A stretch of 59,820 nucleotides of DNA, filler included, from Basidioascus undulatus (Eukaryota), in assembly GCA_000826855.1 (NCBI GenBank). It is 5 parts of 5 records of this genome, joined end to end, with 100 filler letters (N's around TTAATTAATTAA, not from the genome) between each part and the next. Parts side by side here need not be neighbours in the genome. Positions count along the whole stretch, not along the records: positions 1 to 28,318 come from JTLS01000149.1; 4 more parts are not named here. One strand, 5' to 3'. The stretch's first letter is position 1, and each line of letters starts with the position of its first letter. The position numbers and the translations under genes are program-made. The notes beneath the pieces were generated by a model. It had not been told where the DNA came from. It did not search any database and was given only the letters and a program-made list of their open reading frames with translations. Below, one piece after another: positions 1 to 15,237 of this stretch.

Positions 1-15
1 AGGTTGGAGCAGGGA

Positions 16-1287
16 CTACGTTAATGTGGGAACAAGAAAGCAAGACCAGATGGAGAACATGGAGAGTGGGCGTGGGGGCAGGATGGGCGGCAGGGAGAGG
101 AGGGACGAGAGCGGCGCGCTGCTAAGGGAGACGGGCCCCCGCGTGAGGAGATGCCGCACGTCGTCATCGCTGCCGCTGGTCGCCAGCCCGATCTTGGACT
201 CGTCCTCGTCTCCCTCGTCGGCTGAGTCAGAGGCGATAATCCACACGCCGCCGGCGTGGCTGAGCTCCTCGGCGCGCTCCTTCTGGTCGCGGACGTGGCG
301 GGCGAAAGGGCTGAAGGAAAGGGGTGGAAGTGGAAGTGGTTTGTCAGTTGAGGGAAACTGTAGGGGTGCGGGAGGGGGGAGGGCGCCAACGTACAGCGGC
401 ACGCAGAACGACGGGGCAATCGAAGCGCGAGCGGAGCCGATCGCAGGCTGTGCGGAGGGCGATGGAGGACAGAGCGAGGGCGAGGGTGGGTAGATAGACG
501 ACGCCGCGCCGGGGGAGAGCGCCGCAGACTTGAGCGCGGGGGTCGACGGCGGCGTCTCGAGCGGCTTGTCGGTGAGCTCGACGCGCATGGGCGGGACGGG
601 GAAGGGGTACATGTCGGGGAACCTCGCGCTCGACAGGGACGCGGCCTTGGTGGAACCCGCGTCGTAGAAGCTCGGACTCGCCGCCGTGCCAGCCCCGAGG
701 GTTCCCCTGTCCCCGTCGTCCTCGTCTGAAAGCCTGAGCGCTCTTCGGCGCGGCCCCCGCGCGCAGCGCCAGATGACGAGCGCCAGGGCGGAGAGCACAA
801 GGAGCCCTGCAAAGCCGAGGATGAGGGCGAGCGCCACGCGGGAGAGGTGCGGTAGGGGATGCGACGAGGTGGAGGGTGGTGGTAGGGGCGGCGGAGATGG
901 GCGGGTGCGGTACGAGCGTGTAGAGGTCGGAGTGGTGGTGAAGGACGCCGATGTCGAGGGCGCGGCAGTGCTGATGAGGGTGGCGAAGGTGTCGGAAGGG
1001 GAGACAGAGGAAGAGATGCTCTCCGCGGGCGAGACATCGATCAGGTTGTTGCCTGCTGGAACGGGCTGCGCAGGAGGAGCAGCGGCGGCGGCGGCGGCGA
1101 GAGCGGCACCATCAAGGGTTGGCGCAGGTGGTGTACTGGAAGGGGCGGGTGTGGAGGATGTGCGGGGGAGGGAGCGCGGTGGAAAGGTCGTGGTCGCGAT
1201 GATTGTTGACCTGGTGAGTGTGGGAGCGGCTGAGGGCGACGAAAGATCATCGCGTCTACGGAGGTGTCTGCGCCGGTCGCCGCGCAT
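16..1287 (-). CDS. Ser/Thr/Pro-rich single-pass membrane protein (Mid2/Wsc-like architecture, family unassigned)
   Basis: 423-aa ORF: S/T/P-rich N-terminal region, one hydrophobic span (VALALILGFAGLLVLSALALVIW) followed by a basic stop-transfer patch (RCARGPRRRALR), then a Pro-rich tail. The true 5' start is uncertain. Confidence 0.6.
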   Translation of the reverse strand: MRGDRRRHLRRRDDLSSPSAAPTLTRSTIIATTTFPPRSLPRTSSTPAPSSTPPAPTLDGAALAAAAAAAPPAQPVPAGNNLIDVSPAESISSSVSPSDTFATLISTAAPSTSASFTTTPTSTRSYRTRPSPPPLPPPSTSSHPLPHLSRVALALILGFAGLLVLSALALVIWRCARGPRRRALRLSDEDDGDRGTLGAGTAASPSFYDAGSTKAASLSSARFPDMYPFPVPPMRVELTDKPLETPPSTPALKSAALSPGAASSIYPPSPSLCPPSPSAQPAIGSARASIAPSFCVPLYVGALPPPAPLQFPSTDKPLPLPPLSFSPFARHVRDQKERAEELSHAGGVWIIASDSADEGDEDESKIGLATSGSDDDVRHLLTRGPVSLSSAPLSSLLSLPPILPPRPLSMFSIWSCFLVPTLT

Positions 1288-3088
1288 GCGAGTGAGTCGA
1301 GTGCTAAAGAGTGAGCAATAGTGAGAAGCTAGAATGAGGGGGAAACGGCGAGGATCATGAGCATCTGCGGGGGATGTTGAGGGCCGGAGGGCTCGTCAAC
1401 CTGGACGGAGGATACGCTCCCCCGCCCAACCCGCTCGCTGTTCGTCGTCCCCGTCCAGACCGGCGATGATCAGTAGCGCGTGCCCGGGCATGTAAAAGGG
1501 GACCGACTGCAGTTGACGGTTCAAGTCAACTTGGGCGAGACGAAGGGGGCCAGGCATGCAAGCGAGGAGGGTCAGTTCATGAGCGCAGGCTCGTTGGGTC
1601 AGGCTCGTTCTTGCGACCGAGTCGACGCGACGCGCACGCGTCGGACCGAACCGAAACAAGGCACATGAAGGGGCAACGAAACGCCTTCCTGAAACTGCTG
1701 AGGCACTTCGATGCGAAAAGACTTCAACACTTCGTAGAGAAGTGGAAAAGCCTGAGCAAGAGGCGAAGACAATGATGGATGATGGCGGTTGGACGCCAAG
1801 AGAGCCCGCACAGTTTCAGGACTTGACGCTCAGAAAAAAACGAATTTGTTTGGCTCCTATCACTAAGGACCATACACATTTTCACAGGATTCTCTTCCAA
1901 CCTACTTCTTTGGTCTTAATTGTCTATTGCAGCCTCACGCAGGCAGTGTACGGTGTGCTTGCGATCAGCCTGCTTTACACTAGTGGTTCAAGCGTGTGAA
2001 GCCCCCCAATGTGCATGAAGCACAATGTCGGTATGCACGATCAGATACGCTGCATAATTGTCTGGAAAGAAGGGTATGTATTAGAAAGTGAGCCCAAAAA
2101 TACACAACCCTACTTCACCCCTTCAACGTAACAACGCAGTGTCGGACGGGAATACTTTCGGCGTTGCAAGGCCTCGCCGTTTACGAGATTATGCCCAACC
2201 ACCCTTGCAGCCTTTGTGACCTAGAGGGGGATCCCCTATGAAGAAATGATCCGTCATGCGCCAATTTCCGACCCAGCTGTGCGATGAGATGGTGGGAAGC
2301 GAAAGCTCGCTGTTTTGTCTCCTGCCAGTGGTGACAGTCAGTAGGCCACTTGCAGACTGTTCGAAGGAAGCTTGCCGCGATACAGCTCGAACTTGCCTTA
2401 CCCGCTTCTGGTATGCTTCAGAGTAATATAAGTATTCTGAACGAACTGAAGTGGTTCGTGGAAGACATGTACGGGGTATAAATCCGACGAGGTTAAGTCG
2501 TATCTGTCAGCTTGCGCCGCATATTGCTAGCAATACCTCTCAGTCGCTTCACTAATGGACTGCGTCCGTAAAATGGTTAAACCATGTAGGTAGTAAGATT
2601 CATACCTCTTCAAGGAGTCCCGTCAAGGGGTTCATGGTCACAGATGGCCGGGCTTCGGCTGTCCTCGAGGGTTAATCGACGTCAGGCACACTCAGATACG
2701 CAAGCAGGTTTCAATCACCCCTTGTAGGCTAACTTTGAAGAGCTGAAGTGATGTGGATATTAAAAAGTAGCATTTTACAGTCGCTAATTTGGGCCTGCAA
2801 GCGTGGGACAGTGTGCTTTCGCCGAAGGATGTCATTCGGGACCACCAGCGGCTGCCCTTCGATTCGCTCGAGCTCAAGGCGCGACACTCATGCGTACAAT
2901 CTGGAGAAGCTGAGCAAGCCAGGCGGCAACTCAGCTCATGGGAATTCCTACTTGCTCGGTACGGTCGAGGCAAAATCAGTGAGAGGCTGCCAGTGACCTC
3001 AGCGATATCGCGCTGTAGCTGAAAGGCTGAAGTCCAAGGTAAGACTGATTGCAGGTGCATGCTTGAGATGCCCATATAATGGGGCTAT

Positions 3089-3300
3089 CGAAATTTCTAA
3101 AAAGCTGAGAAAGCCTCACAAAGGCCTAGAAACGGCTTGCAAGTCAAAGAAAGGAGGAGAAATGGAAAGACAGTGCTAGGCAGGGGAGAGAAGGAGGGAG
3201 ATTCAAGTAGAACGTTCGATTACGTCAGTCGACTCCATGCGATGCCGCCCTTTTCAAGCAGCCCCGGTGGCTCCCTTCTTTCGCCCACACGTTCTCGAGT
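3089..3300 (+). promoter_or_regulatory. Candidate stress-responsive promoter of hsp70 (HSE-, STRE- and CRE-like motifs)
   Basis: cGAAatTTCt at 3089-3098, AGGGG at 3182-3186, aGAAcgTTCg at 3209-3218, TTACGTCA at 3220-3227 and gTTCtcGAGt at 3291-3300, all within about 300 bp upstream of the hsp70 ATG. Confidence 0.55.
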
Positions 3301-3391
3301 ATCGCATCGCGCACCACTCGCATTCCACGCACACACTCTAGCGACTCTACGCACCCTATACTTTTCGCTTTTCACTTCCTACACGAGCATA

Positions 3392-6353
<2,962 letters not shown>

Positions 6354-7311
6354 ACGTCTCGCACCTGGGTGGACGTTCCGTTTTTGCCATTTCTCGCTGT
6401 ACACTAGTTTGATGCCTACATACTACTTCTACTTGGATTGACTTGATCTCGTTCTGGCTAGCTGTGGTGTGGCGGAAGCGTGCGCCTCCGAGTTGGGCGT
6501 CGTATGTCCACCGAGGAGAATCGTGAGGGAAGTGCGTGGGTGAGATCGCTGCTGACTCCCAACCCGCCGCGTGTCCTTTGCCTACAGCCTTCGTCCAGAA
6601 GATGCAGTGTTTGTATGTTGCGTTTGCTGTGCATATGGGCAGCTCTTGTCGAGCGTGGGCTCCCTCGAGGGGGTCGCCACTTTTGCGAAAATGGCACCAG
6701 GTGGTCTAACGCCGTCAAGCACGCGTTTTGTGGCTGGCTACTTCTCTGGTGTCCGTGAACACCTTCTCCTTCTCGTCCTCGCTCGACCTTCATTTTTCCA
6801 TTGCATTTTGATGTGCCCACTGCGCATGTAGAGTCGAAGTATACTTTGTGTGTATCAAAGATGCCTGTGAGCCTTCTGTGTCCTGACCAGTTGCAGCCAA
6901 ATGTCAAGCTCCCGACTCCGTGGCGTGCGATCGCTGCGGTATTCTCATCAAGACCTCCCGCGGCCTTCATGCTTTAACCAATCATATAACCAGCAAAGAG
7001 TGCCAGAAGCGATGGAAACAAAACGGTAAGCCACTTCAGCTAGGGATCTTGAAGCAAGAGCTGATGAAATGATACAGATTTGCTGTCGTACCGCCCGCCG
7101 CCTCCTCAGCCTGCTGCTCCCCTCCCTCCAGTTGCCAGCCCTTTCTGCTCCACTCCCCCTCCCTACACCTCGGCACGTTATCCATTTACAACGCCCCCCT
7201 TTTCGCCTGCAACCCCTCAATCTTCCCTACTCCGCCGTCACCTTCTCCCCTCACTCCCTCTGGCCTCTCGAACACGCCCGCACCATCACCTCATCCACCA
7301 ACACCTCGAAA

Positions 7312-7993
7312 ATGCCGCGGGCTCGCTGAGGACCTCGAGGAGCGGCCGCGGTCGACGTGGCGACCCCTCTGCCAAGCCGCGTCGTCGTGCCGAGGACGAG
7401 GGGGATGTTGCCGCTGGACGAGTTGGAGTCGCGAGAGTTGGAGTCGCGAGGGGTGGACGCGCGCGAAGAGGAGAAGGCGAGGGAGTGAGGGCTTGTCGAA
7501 ACCCTGGTTCCATCGACCTCAGCATTTCCGCAAAGGTCCAAAGGCGTTTTACGGAGAGGACGTACTTGAATTGAGATTTCGCTTTCCCAGCGCCTCCCAC
7601 ATATCCGACTTCCTCCGCTTCCCCCGTCTGCCCCGCTGCCCTTCCGTACTCCAGCACCGCCGACGTTCCCTCACCACCCGCAGGTCCGTCGCCGTCACAA
7701 GCGGGAGATGCGGGATCGCCGTCCAGCTTGGTACCCTTCGCGGGCGGGGGGACACCGTCCCTCAGCGCGACGTTGATGCCGACCCGTTCTCCTGGCCGAG
7801 CGCCAAAGAAGAGCGAGGCTCGTCCAGGAGGAGCCGTGCGGAGGGAGCACATTGCTCGAGTGGAGGAACAGGTATGACGACGCGCGGAAAGGAAGGCTCG
7901 TTGTCGTTGTCGTGGATGCAGAAGGCGTCGAGAGGAGGACCAGGGAGGACCGTATGTTCGCTGGGGAGGGTCGGGAGGGAGGTGCGAGAGTGA
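7312..7993 (+). pseudogene. Possible decayed gene encoding a low-complexity Pro/Arg/Glu-rich protein
   Basis: A pyrimidine-rich leader (about 7090-7310) precedes ATG 7312. Coding-like GC-rich sequence follows but is broken by TGA stops (MPRAR*GPRG, TYLN*DFAF, EEQV*RRAE). No recognisable domain. Confidence 0.25.
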
Positions 7994-8263
7994 ACTACCG
8001 ACTCCCAAGCCGCTGCGTATCCTTCTCCTACATCGTTCGCCTGATTGCCTTGGTGCCTTTGAGATGCGGTGTTGGTGTATGACGCTTGCTATGAGGTTCA
8101 ACAGCTCCTGCTAAGTGGGCTGCCTGCGTGCGGCCCGGTTTCCGAGCGTGCTCGGCCCGCGTCTAACCGGAGTGTGTCGTTGCACGAAGAGGCCCACGTC
8201 TTCCTGCTGCTGCTCCTGTACTACTGTCTTTATCCAGCTCATCTGCATTCTATCACCTTCACA

Positions 8264-9840
8264 ATGTGTGCGAAGCCCGACGTCCTCTTCTTTGGCCTCG
8301 GCGCGTGAGCAGTTTGCTTTGCTGCTATCGCACGCTGCTGCATGATTTGAGACGAGACGGCCTGGCCGGAACCAGCATCGGGTCGACCTACGCGTACATC
8401 TTTCAAGAATCAAAGCGCGCTCGGGTGAGCGTCGTAGCGCGGTCGAACTACGGACTGGCGAAGGAAAAAGTGCGTTGCACGAACAGCATTGACGACGGCA
8501 GGCGGCTCCACTGATATTTTTTGGCTTTGGTTGGCAGGGATTGAGCTTGCGCTCGAAAAAATTTGGTGATCATGATGGCATCAAGTTTCACGGTGGTGAG
8601 AAGATATTAGGCTTGAGGCTAGGGAAACATGCGGCTTACGCGTCAGCTTGCGTGCGAGCAGTTTACAGAGACACCGCCGAGGCTGCAGCTTCTGGCAACA
8701 AGTTCGCTTTCGGTATCAATATCTCTCCCTTAGATTAACAATAGGTAGTGAGCTGAATGCCTGTTCAACAGTCATCTGTACCAATAAGGCGCTCTTGGAC
8801 GCGACACCTTCCTTGGCTTCGCAGCTGGAGCCGGTCGTAAGCCCCGACACGACCATCGTCCTCGTCCAGAATGGCGTCGGTGCCGAAGAGCCCCTGCATC
8901 AAGCCTTCCCAAATCACACCATCATCTCCTGCGTGGTCGGTCCTGACAGCTGTGTTCCTTACGGTCGACATGGCTGACTACGGATCTCTGCTTTGGCAGT
9001 GCTGGACAGGCGCCAAAGCCTTGGAGGTGGGCGTCGTCGAGCAGTTCAACCGCGACGCTATGACCGTAGGAGTCGACTGGAACCCGAGCCTGAAGCGGGA
9101 GGACGAGGCAAAACGGCTTGAGGAGTTCGCTGCCATCCTCCGCGCTGGAAAGACGGAGTGCGATGTCAAGGAGGACATCCAGAGTGAGCGTTGGGTCAAG
9201 GTCATCTGGTGCGTCTGGAGTTGAAAGTTCATCTGTAGACTCTACGCGCGGCTGAACAACTATGACAGGAACGCTTGTTGGTCAGGCTCCCCTGTTTGGA
9301 ATTCAACTTAGAAGATTTACTGATGCTGAGCCCGATGCTTCCAAAACAGGAACTCGTTGACAACCGTCACGCAACTGCGGACGAATCGTTTCCTCTCCTC
9401 TTCGCCGCACTCGCTTCCGCTAGCATATGCAGTGATGAACGAGGTTGCGGCCGTGGCTACGGCGCAGGGCCTTCACGTCCCCGTGGGCACAGTGGAGAAG
9501 CTCATCGAACAATGCACCCGCGTCAAGGAGGGCCTGCCCAGCTCGATGCTCATGGATCACCTCGAGGGTCGGCCGATGGAAGTCGAGGTGCGTTTTTGGG
9601 TGAATCACGGGTCAGAGCGGGAACTCACCTGCGGACAAGCAGGTCATCCTCGGGACCCCGCTGAGGAAAGGCCTGGAGCTCGGTGTGCCCGTACCCATAC
9701 TGGCGACGTGAGTTGACCGATCATCCAGCGGATATAGTGAGAGATAAAGCTTCACTAACATATCACCTAATGTCAGTCTATACAGCATTGTCAAAGCGCT
9801 TGACTGGAAGAACGCGCACCCTGACGAGGCTCGGATCTGA
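8264..9840 (+). CDS. Ketopantoate reductase PanE/ApbA-family oxidoreductase
   Basis: Spliced: VLFFGLGAIGSTYA (Rossmann), VSVVARSNY, ICTNKAL, IVLVQNGVGAEEP, ERWVKVIWNACWNSLTT, PSSMLMDHLEGRPMEVEVILGTP, GVPVPILATLY. Ends EARI*. Includes a 12-nt microexon at 9269-9280. Confidence 0.9.
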
Positions 9841-10543
9841 CGGACGACTTCAGGGCTTGCAGTTTCCGACAGCACTGCGCATGTGCGAATCATGCAGATT
9901 GCAATATAATGGAACCAGAGGTGTCTAAAATACCGTAAAGAAGTTGCTGGAACCCTGAAAGGACCTCCCGTAATCGCTCTTCCGCCATAGCGATCCAGAC
10001 TGTCGGCTGAAAAGTTGCGTATATCCATACGGAGCTTGTCGTTGTAAACGTGAACGGGCCTTCGCCTTCACCCTATAGCGGCGTCAGTCGGCAGTTCTTC
10101 CACGGTGAGTTGTGCGTAAATGCTACAGAGTACACGCTGCGGTCATTCGGGTGTTCATTTGTTTGCTGATGACAGCCCGGGCCGTCTCTGCGGTAGCGCG
10201 AGCTGTATGAGGTGTATTGGAAAAAAGGGGGGGAGGGAAAGGAGCATGCACTTGCATTACTGTAAGGCCAGAGGTGCAGCCCACCGTCCATTCGTGCTCG
10301 CTCAGGTCAAGTCAATCCGGCCCAAAGGCATGTCTTGCTCGGGTTCCGTTCGGGATTCAATCTCTCAAACTTCAGGTAATGATATGATGAAGCGGGAAAG
10401 GTCACGGCATAGGGGGTACTAAATGCGCTGCTAGCACAATCATTGAGTACGAGACCAAAGTCTGGGAGGACAGGCGTCTAGGACAATCGTTACATGGGGG
10501 CCAAATACAAATTAAGAGAGGAACTACGAATGTGGAAGGTTCA

Positions 10544-12150
10544 TCATTGCTCGTCATACGCCCCAATCATGATCTTCACAACGAGCCCTCCTTTTTCATC
10601 CTTGCCGCGCAGGAGCGTCTCGAACGCCTCGTTAGCGCGCGAGAGCGGATACCGCGTCGTGACGAGCTTCTCGGCGCCTGCGAGGCGGCCGGCACCGAAA
10701 AGCGCCAGCGCCTCGGGGTAGGTGTTCGCGTAACGGAATACGCCGAGGAGGTCAACTTCGCGGAAGGCGGCAGCAGAGAGCGGGCTGAGTAAGATCAGAC
10801 CGGGGACATGTCAGCTACAGCAGCGCACGCAGGGGATGACCTGGTGCTTACAGCATGACGTTAGTTGAGCCCATGCCGATATAGCAGACCTTGCCGCCCG
10901 GGCGAGCAGCCTGGATAGCGGTCCCCGTCAGCGATGCAGCGTGATCTTTCAAAGTACAAGAAGGAAACGCACGTGGACTGCGGCCTGGATGCAGCTCTCG
11001 ACGCCCGTGCACTCGAAGACGACGTCGAAGCCGTCCTCCTCCGGGGCAACCGCCTCAAAGATGCCCTCGACAGTCTTCTTCGCGCCCGCCAAGCTCTCTT
11101 GAGGCGTCGCTGGCCTCGGGCCCTTGGGCAGGAGGTGCTTGCCCGTGGCGAACCCCTCCTTGACGGCAAAGTCCAGCCGAGTGTCGTCGATGTCCACGGC
11201 GACGATGGTCGTCGCGCCCTGCGCCTTGGCGACAAGGCAGGCGAGAAGGCCGACTGCGCCCGCGCCGTAGACGAGGACGGTCTGGCCGGCGCGAATCTGG
11301 GCGCGGCGCGAGGCGTGCAGGACCACGGAGAGAGGCTCGACGAGCGACGCCTCCTCGTACGTGCATGTGTCAGGCATCTTGTGCAGAAGGCGCGCCTATG
11401 ACGTGAAAGATCAGGTGCTGCTGCGAATCGAGAATGCCAATGCGGTGGAAGCGTACCGGATGGTTCATCACAGTCTGCAAGGTGCCGTCGAGATGGGGGA
11501 AGGTCTTCGCTGAGGAGGCGAAGCGGAGGTTGGGACAGAGGTTGTACCTGCAACGTCGGACAGCCACAGTCAGTTCAGTGATAGCGATACACATCAAGGG
11601 CGAAGGCGGACGCACCGGCCGATCTTGCATAGCCTGCAAACCCCGCAGTAGACGCCCGCCTCGATGGCGACCCTGTCGCCGACCTTGAAGCCAGACACTC
11701 CGTCCCCAACCGCCGTGATGACTCCGGCTGCTTCATGCCCAAGTGCCATAGGTTCGCGGACGACGAAGTCCCCGTTCCGACCGTGCGCGTAGTAGTGCAC
11801 TGTCATTTCAAGCCTGTGAGCACGAGTTCCTCCCTCATATTTGCAAGGAATACCCACGATCCGAACCGCAAAGACCGGTCGCCTTCACACCGATCTGAGC
11901 CTCACCCGGTCCAGGTGGCTTTGTCGAGCGGTTCTCCTGTACGCGCACATCAGCGAGGCTCCGGACTGTCTGACCGAGACCATCTCGCGGCAGGACAACT
12001 TACGATTCTCAGGTCCTTCGCCCCGTGAAGAACCGCTGAAGGATTAGAAGAGACGTCGGGGATGCCCTCGGAAGGCTTTTGGGGCTTGAGGATGCCATCG
12101 GAGCGGAAGGTCGAGGAGAGGACTTCGGGAAGGGTAGCGGCGGGGGACAT
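10544..12150 (-). CDS. Zn-dependent MDR polyol dehydrogenase (sorbitol/xylitol dehydrogenase-like)
   Basis: [33 protein letters not shown], structural Zn cluster [34 protein letters not shown] (NAD-type), [26 protein letters not shown]. Ends [10 protein letters not shown]. Confidence 0.92.
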
Positions 12151-13626
12151 GGCGAGTGGGAGACTTGGATATGACTCCGGTGATATGGGGAAGGGGTCAA
12201 TGGCGCTGGCTGGGAATTCCGGGGTATTCTGGCGCTGAGAGTGGATGGTTGTGGTTGGTGCACAAGAGCTGAGCCGGTTGCGGAGCTGGGCTTCTCCTTG
12301 GACAGGGCGTTGCGATTGAGGTCGGAGCGCAGATGCGGGGCGAGTCCGGAGCTCGGCCCGGTCGGTTGCGACAGGCCGTTATGAGACCCGCACCCCGACT
12401 CATTCGCGTTTGCAGCTTATGGCTGTTTTCAGCTTTGAAGAATTTTGCAGAATCTTCATTGAGCAACCTGCATGATATAGAAGTGTCAATTGTAGGTCTA
12501 TTAAGTGCTCTGGCCCACGAAAAAGGGCCCAAGATGTCACCTCGAGTTTTGCCATCATGAACCTCGTCTCTTCGGGCATTGTCCAGGTTGTTCGTATGTC
12601 CACTTAGACGGCTATCAAAGGGCCAGCCAATTTTTTTTGTCGGCCCGGATCCTCTGGAGCGCTGCCTGCCTCGATGGAATGACGTCCCGAGGAGAGCTCA
12701 AGCGGGCCGTAGAGCTCCGACTTGCGTGGCGAATGACTTTCTGCCCTTTATACCCATGAGTTTTTCAAGACTGTCGTTTCTGAATTTTAGGGACAAAACT
12801 AGTCTGAATAGGCGTGTTGTCAATATAAAGGACCTCATTGGTGGTGCCGTTCAACACATAAACAGCCTGATAAGCCAAAGGAGCTGCCTTTCTCCCTCGA
12901 CCGCGATCACTGTGCATGAATCACTGTCATGAGGCTTACAAACGTATAGAGAATATACTCTAGTTACAGTCATTGAGAAGACCCGCTAATTTGACATTCA
13001 GTGCACTGAGTGCGTTGCTGCTTTCTAGAGCGGTGCGCGATGAGGCCAAGTAGACACCGTTGCGGATTTCGGTGTGCACACGCAGGTCAAACAGTGATGC
13101 TGTTTCTCCTTTTCCCAGAGAGCAATGGGAGTATAAGGCCCGTAAGCGCTGCAAGCCGACTTGTCGATGTTCGCTTCCTGCGCGATCTGCCCAAACGAAA
13201 CTTGATATCAGAACATGCGAGGCGGCAGGGTCCTCAAAGTAGGAGAACACTCAAGACTGTTGGAGGGTTTTGGATGACCTCAACCATGCCCAAGTAGTGC
13301 TCTATGGGTGTCAGCGGCAAGTCCAGTCGGGGAGGGCAAACCACCTTGGCTTTGGACGAAGACCGTGTCTTGTGCCCACGCAATCTGCTGGCCCAAATGG
13401 TCACTTTAAAGCCTTGTATCACAATATTTAATAAATTCGGCAATAGCATTCGATGGTTTAAATGAGCTCGCGCCATGCCAATCTGTGCTACACGCAGCGC
13501 CTGCGGCAGACATCTGTCCTCAGCTTGTCGCAAACAAAGTACGTCACGTTCCGTTCGCGTCGTTCGGTCAAAATGCCCGCGTCTTGAGCTGCCCTTACCA
13601 GCATACCACCATAACTCGAGATCAAG

Positions 13627-14702
13627 ATGACCACTAAGCTCCTCGCTCTCCCGGCCGAGGTCCTCCTCCTGCGATCTCATATCCCTCACCTACCACCCAC
13701 GTCGCGCTGTCTCAGACCTGCGGCGCCCTCCGCGCCTTCTACGGCGGCGACGCCTTCTTCGGGCCAGCCTGCAGGGTTCTCGGACTCGGGCGCTCCGCGG
13801 CACGGCCGGACGGGAAGATATGCAGGATGCCAGCTGGACGGCGTTGGCGGCCGCGGTGGCCAAGCACTCGGCTGGCTGCACGTTGGAGGAGCCCAAGGTG
13901 GACGGGCAAGGATGTGGGTGATTTTGTCCCCGCTCATTCTTGCTCCTCGGTTCGGCGTAGCTGAATAGGCACAGTCTGTTCAAGTTCGCCTTCCAGGCAG
14001 CCTTTCCCCGCCAGCACTCCTGACTGCCGCGACTGTCGCCGCCGACAAGCCCGAGATCAAGTTCGACAACGTCGTCTTGTGTCTGCAGCTTTCATGCTAC
14101 CAGCATCCTGGCGAGGCCGCAGTATTCGTCGGAGTTCAAGAAGAGCAGGACAGGCTATGCTCGAAGTATCCCGCGAGCGAGGTCGAGCTTGCTCGGGTCA
14201 GGGCGCGGATGAAGCAGATGAACCCGCCTCTCACGACCCATGTCACAGCCGCGTCGCGCTTCGTGACCCATCCGCCCGTCTCCAAGCTCACGATCGAGGC
14301 TTGGGACGTGACGAAGAAGAAGAACAAGGAGGGCTTGACCTGCTTCGATGCCATTCAGGCGCTCTACGACATGTGCGTCAGTTTCCCTTCGGCAATCGGT
14401 GGCTCTGTGGGGGCCAGTGGTGACACGAAAACGCAGTACTGACTCCGAAGCCATACTCCCCTCGAACCAGGCTCCGATGTCAAGCTGTACGAGATGGTGA
14501 GCCGCTGGAAACTTGCCTGTCTTGTCTTTGCTTTCGACTGACATGCCTGCACAGATGGACGAGTGCTGGTAGGTGGTTCAGAGCATGCGATTTCTTTTGG
14601 ACATCCCTGATTTTACCATCTGTTGCGATTGTCAGTGACTTCGAAGGTTTCGCGAAGCTGAAGCCGGGCTCGCTACTTGCGCGTTCTGAATTCGGCGGCT
14701 AG
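13627..14702 (+). pseudogene. Frameshifted F-box-like protein
   Basis: MTTKLLALPAEVLL continues only after a frame change as AISYPSPTTHVALSQTCGALRAFY (F-box pattern). Another frame change is needed for EDMQDASWTALAAAVAKH. Later exons give GLTCFDAIQALYD...YEMMDECW...FEGFAKL with a further shift. Confidence 0.55.
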
Positions 14703-15237
14703 GTGAGGTGAGTTTGGTTCCTCGATGGTCGGAGCGCGACCTAACCGAGCTGTGCAGCCTACTGAGATATCCTATACCGCTGCTTGGCCAGGTGAAACGC
14801 CCTGCTCCTGTTCGGCAATAATGAAGCGTCTATTCGGGCTTGATGCTTTGCGCGGGCTTCCTGCTGATGTGCGACTCCCCAATGCAGACCGTCTAGCATC
14901 GGCCATCCGGGTTGTGTTGTTATTCGGGAAGGGCGACGAATCAAGATGTATACCAGAATCATGTTCTTTCTATGATGTTCAAACACAAGCACTGTAACGA
15001 GAACGGGGCGCTTGGTGCCTCGCGAGGTTGGCCAGTATTTTTCAAGTCTTTTCTCAAATCGTGCTGTCTCAACCGTGACTTGAGGGATGATAAGTAAATC
15101 TCAGTCGCGTCTACCGCAGACTCGTGCGACGGTACTTGTGCAGCAGTGCATGGCTGCTGCACTGCGGTCACAGCTTGTGCCGGCCCGGCAACCCATGAAT
15201 GACAAGAAACTGTACAGAAAACACAAGCGGCTGTCTT

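Noticed and set aside
7312..7880. Repeated in-frame TGA suggesting stop-codon reassignment or selenocysteine
   Set aside because: TGA is the genuine terminator of the PanE-like, polyol dehydrogenase, PUS4, SDR and CLC genes. The TGA-containing regions also carry frameshifts.
7286..8101. Long antisense or alternative-frame ORFs (also 21-1037, 35280-36257, 37776-38648, 42587-43177)
   Set aside because: Shadow ORFs expected in high-GC DNA. They are Arg/Pro/Ser-biased, have no motifs and mostly overlap better-supported genes.
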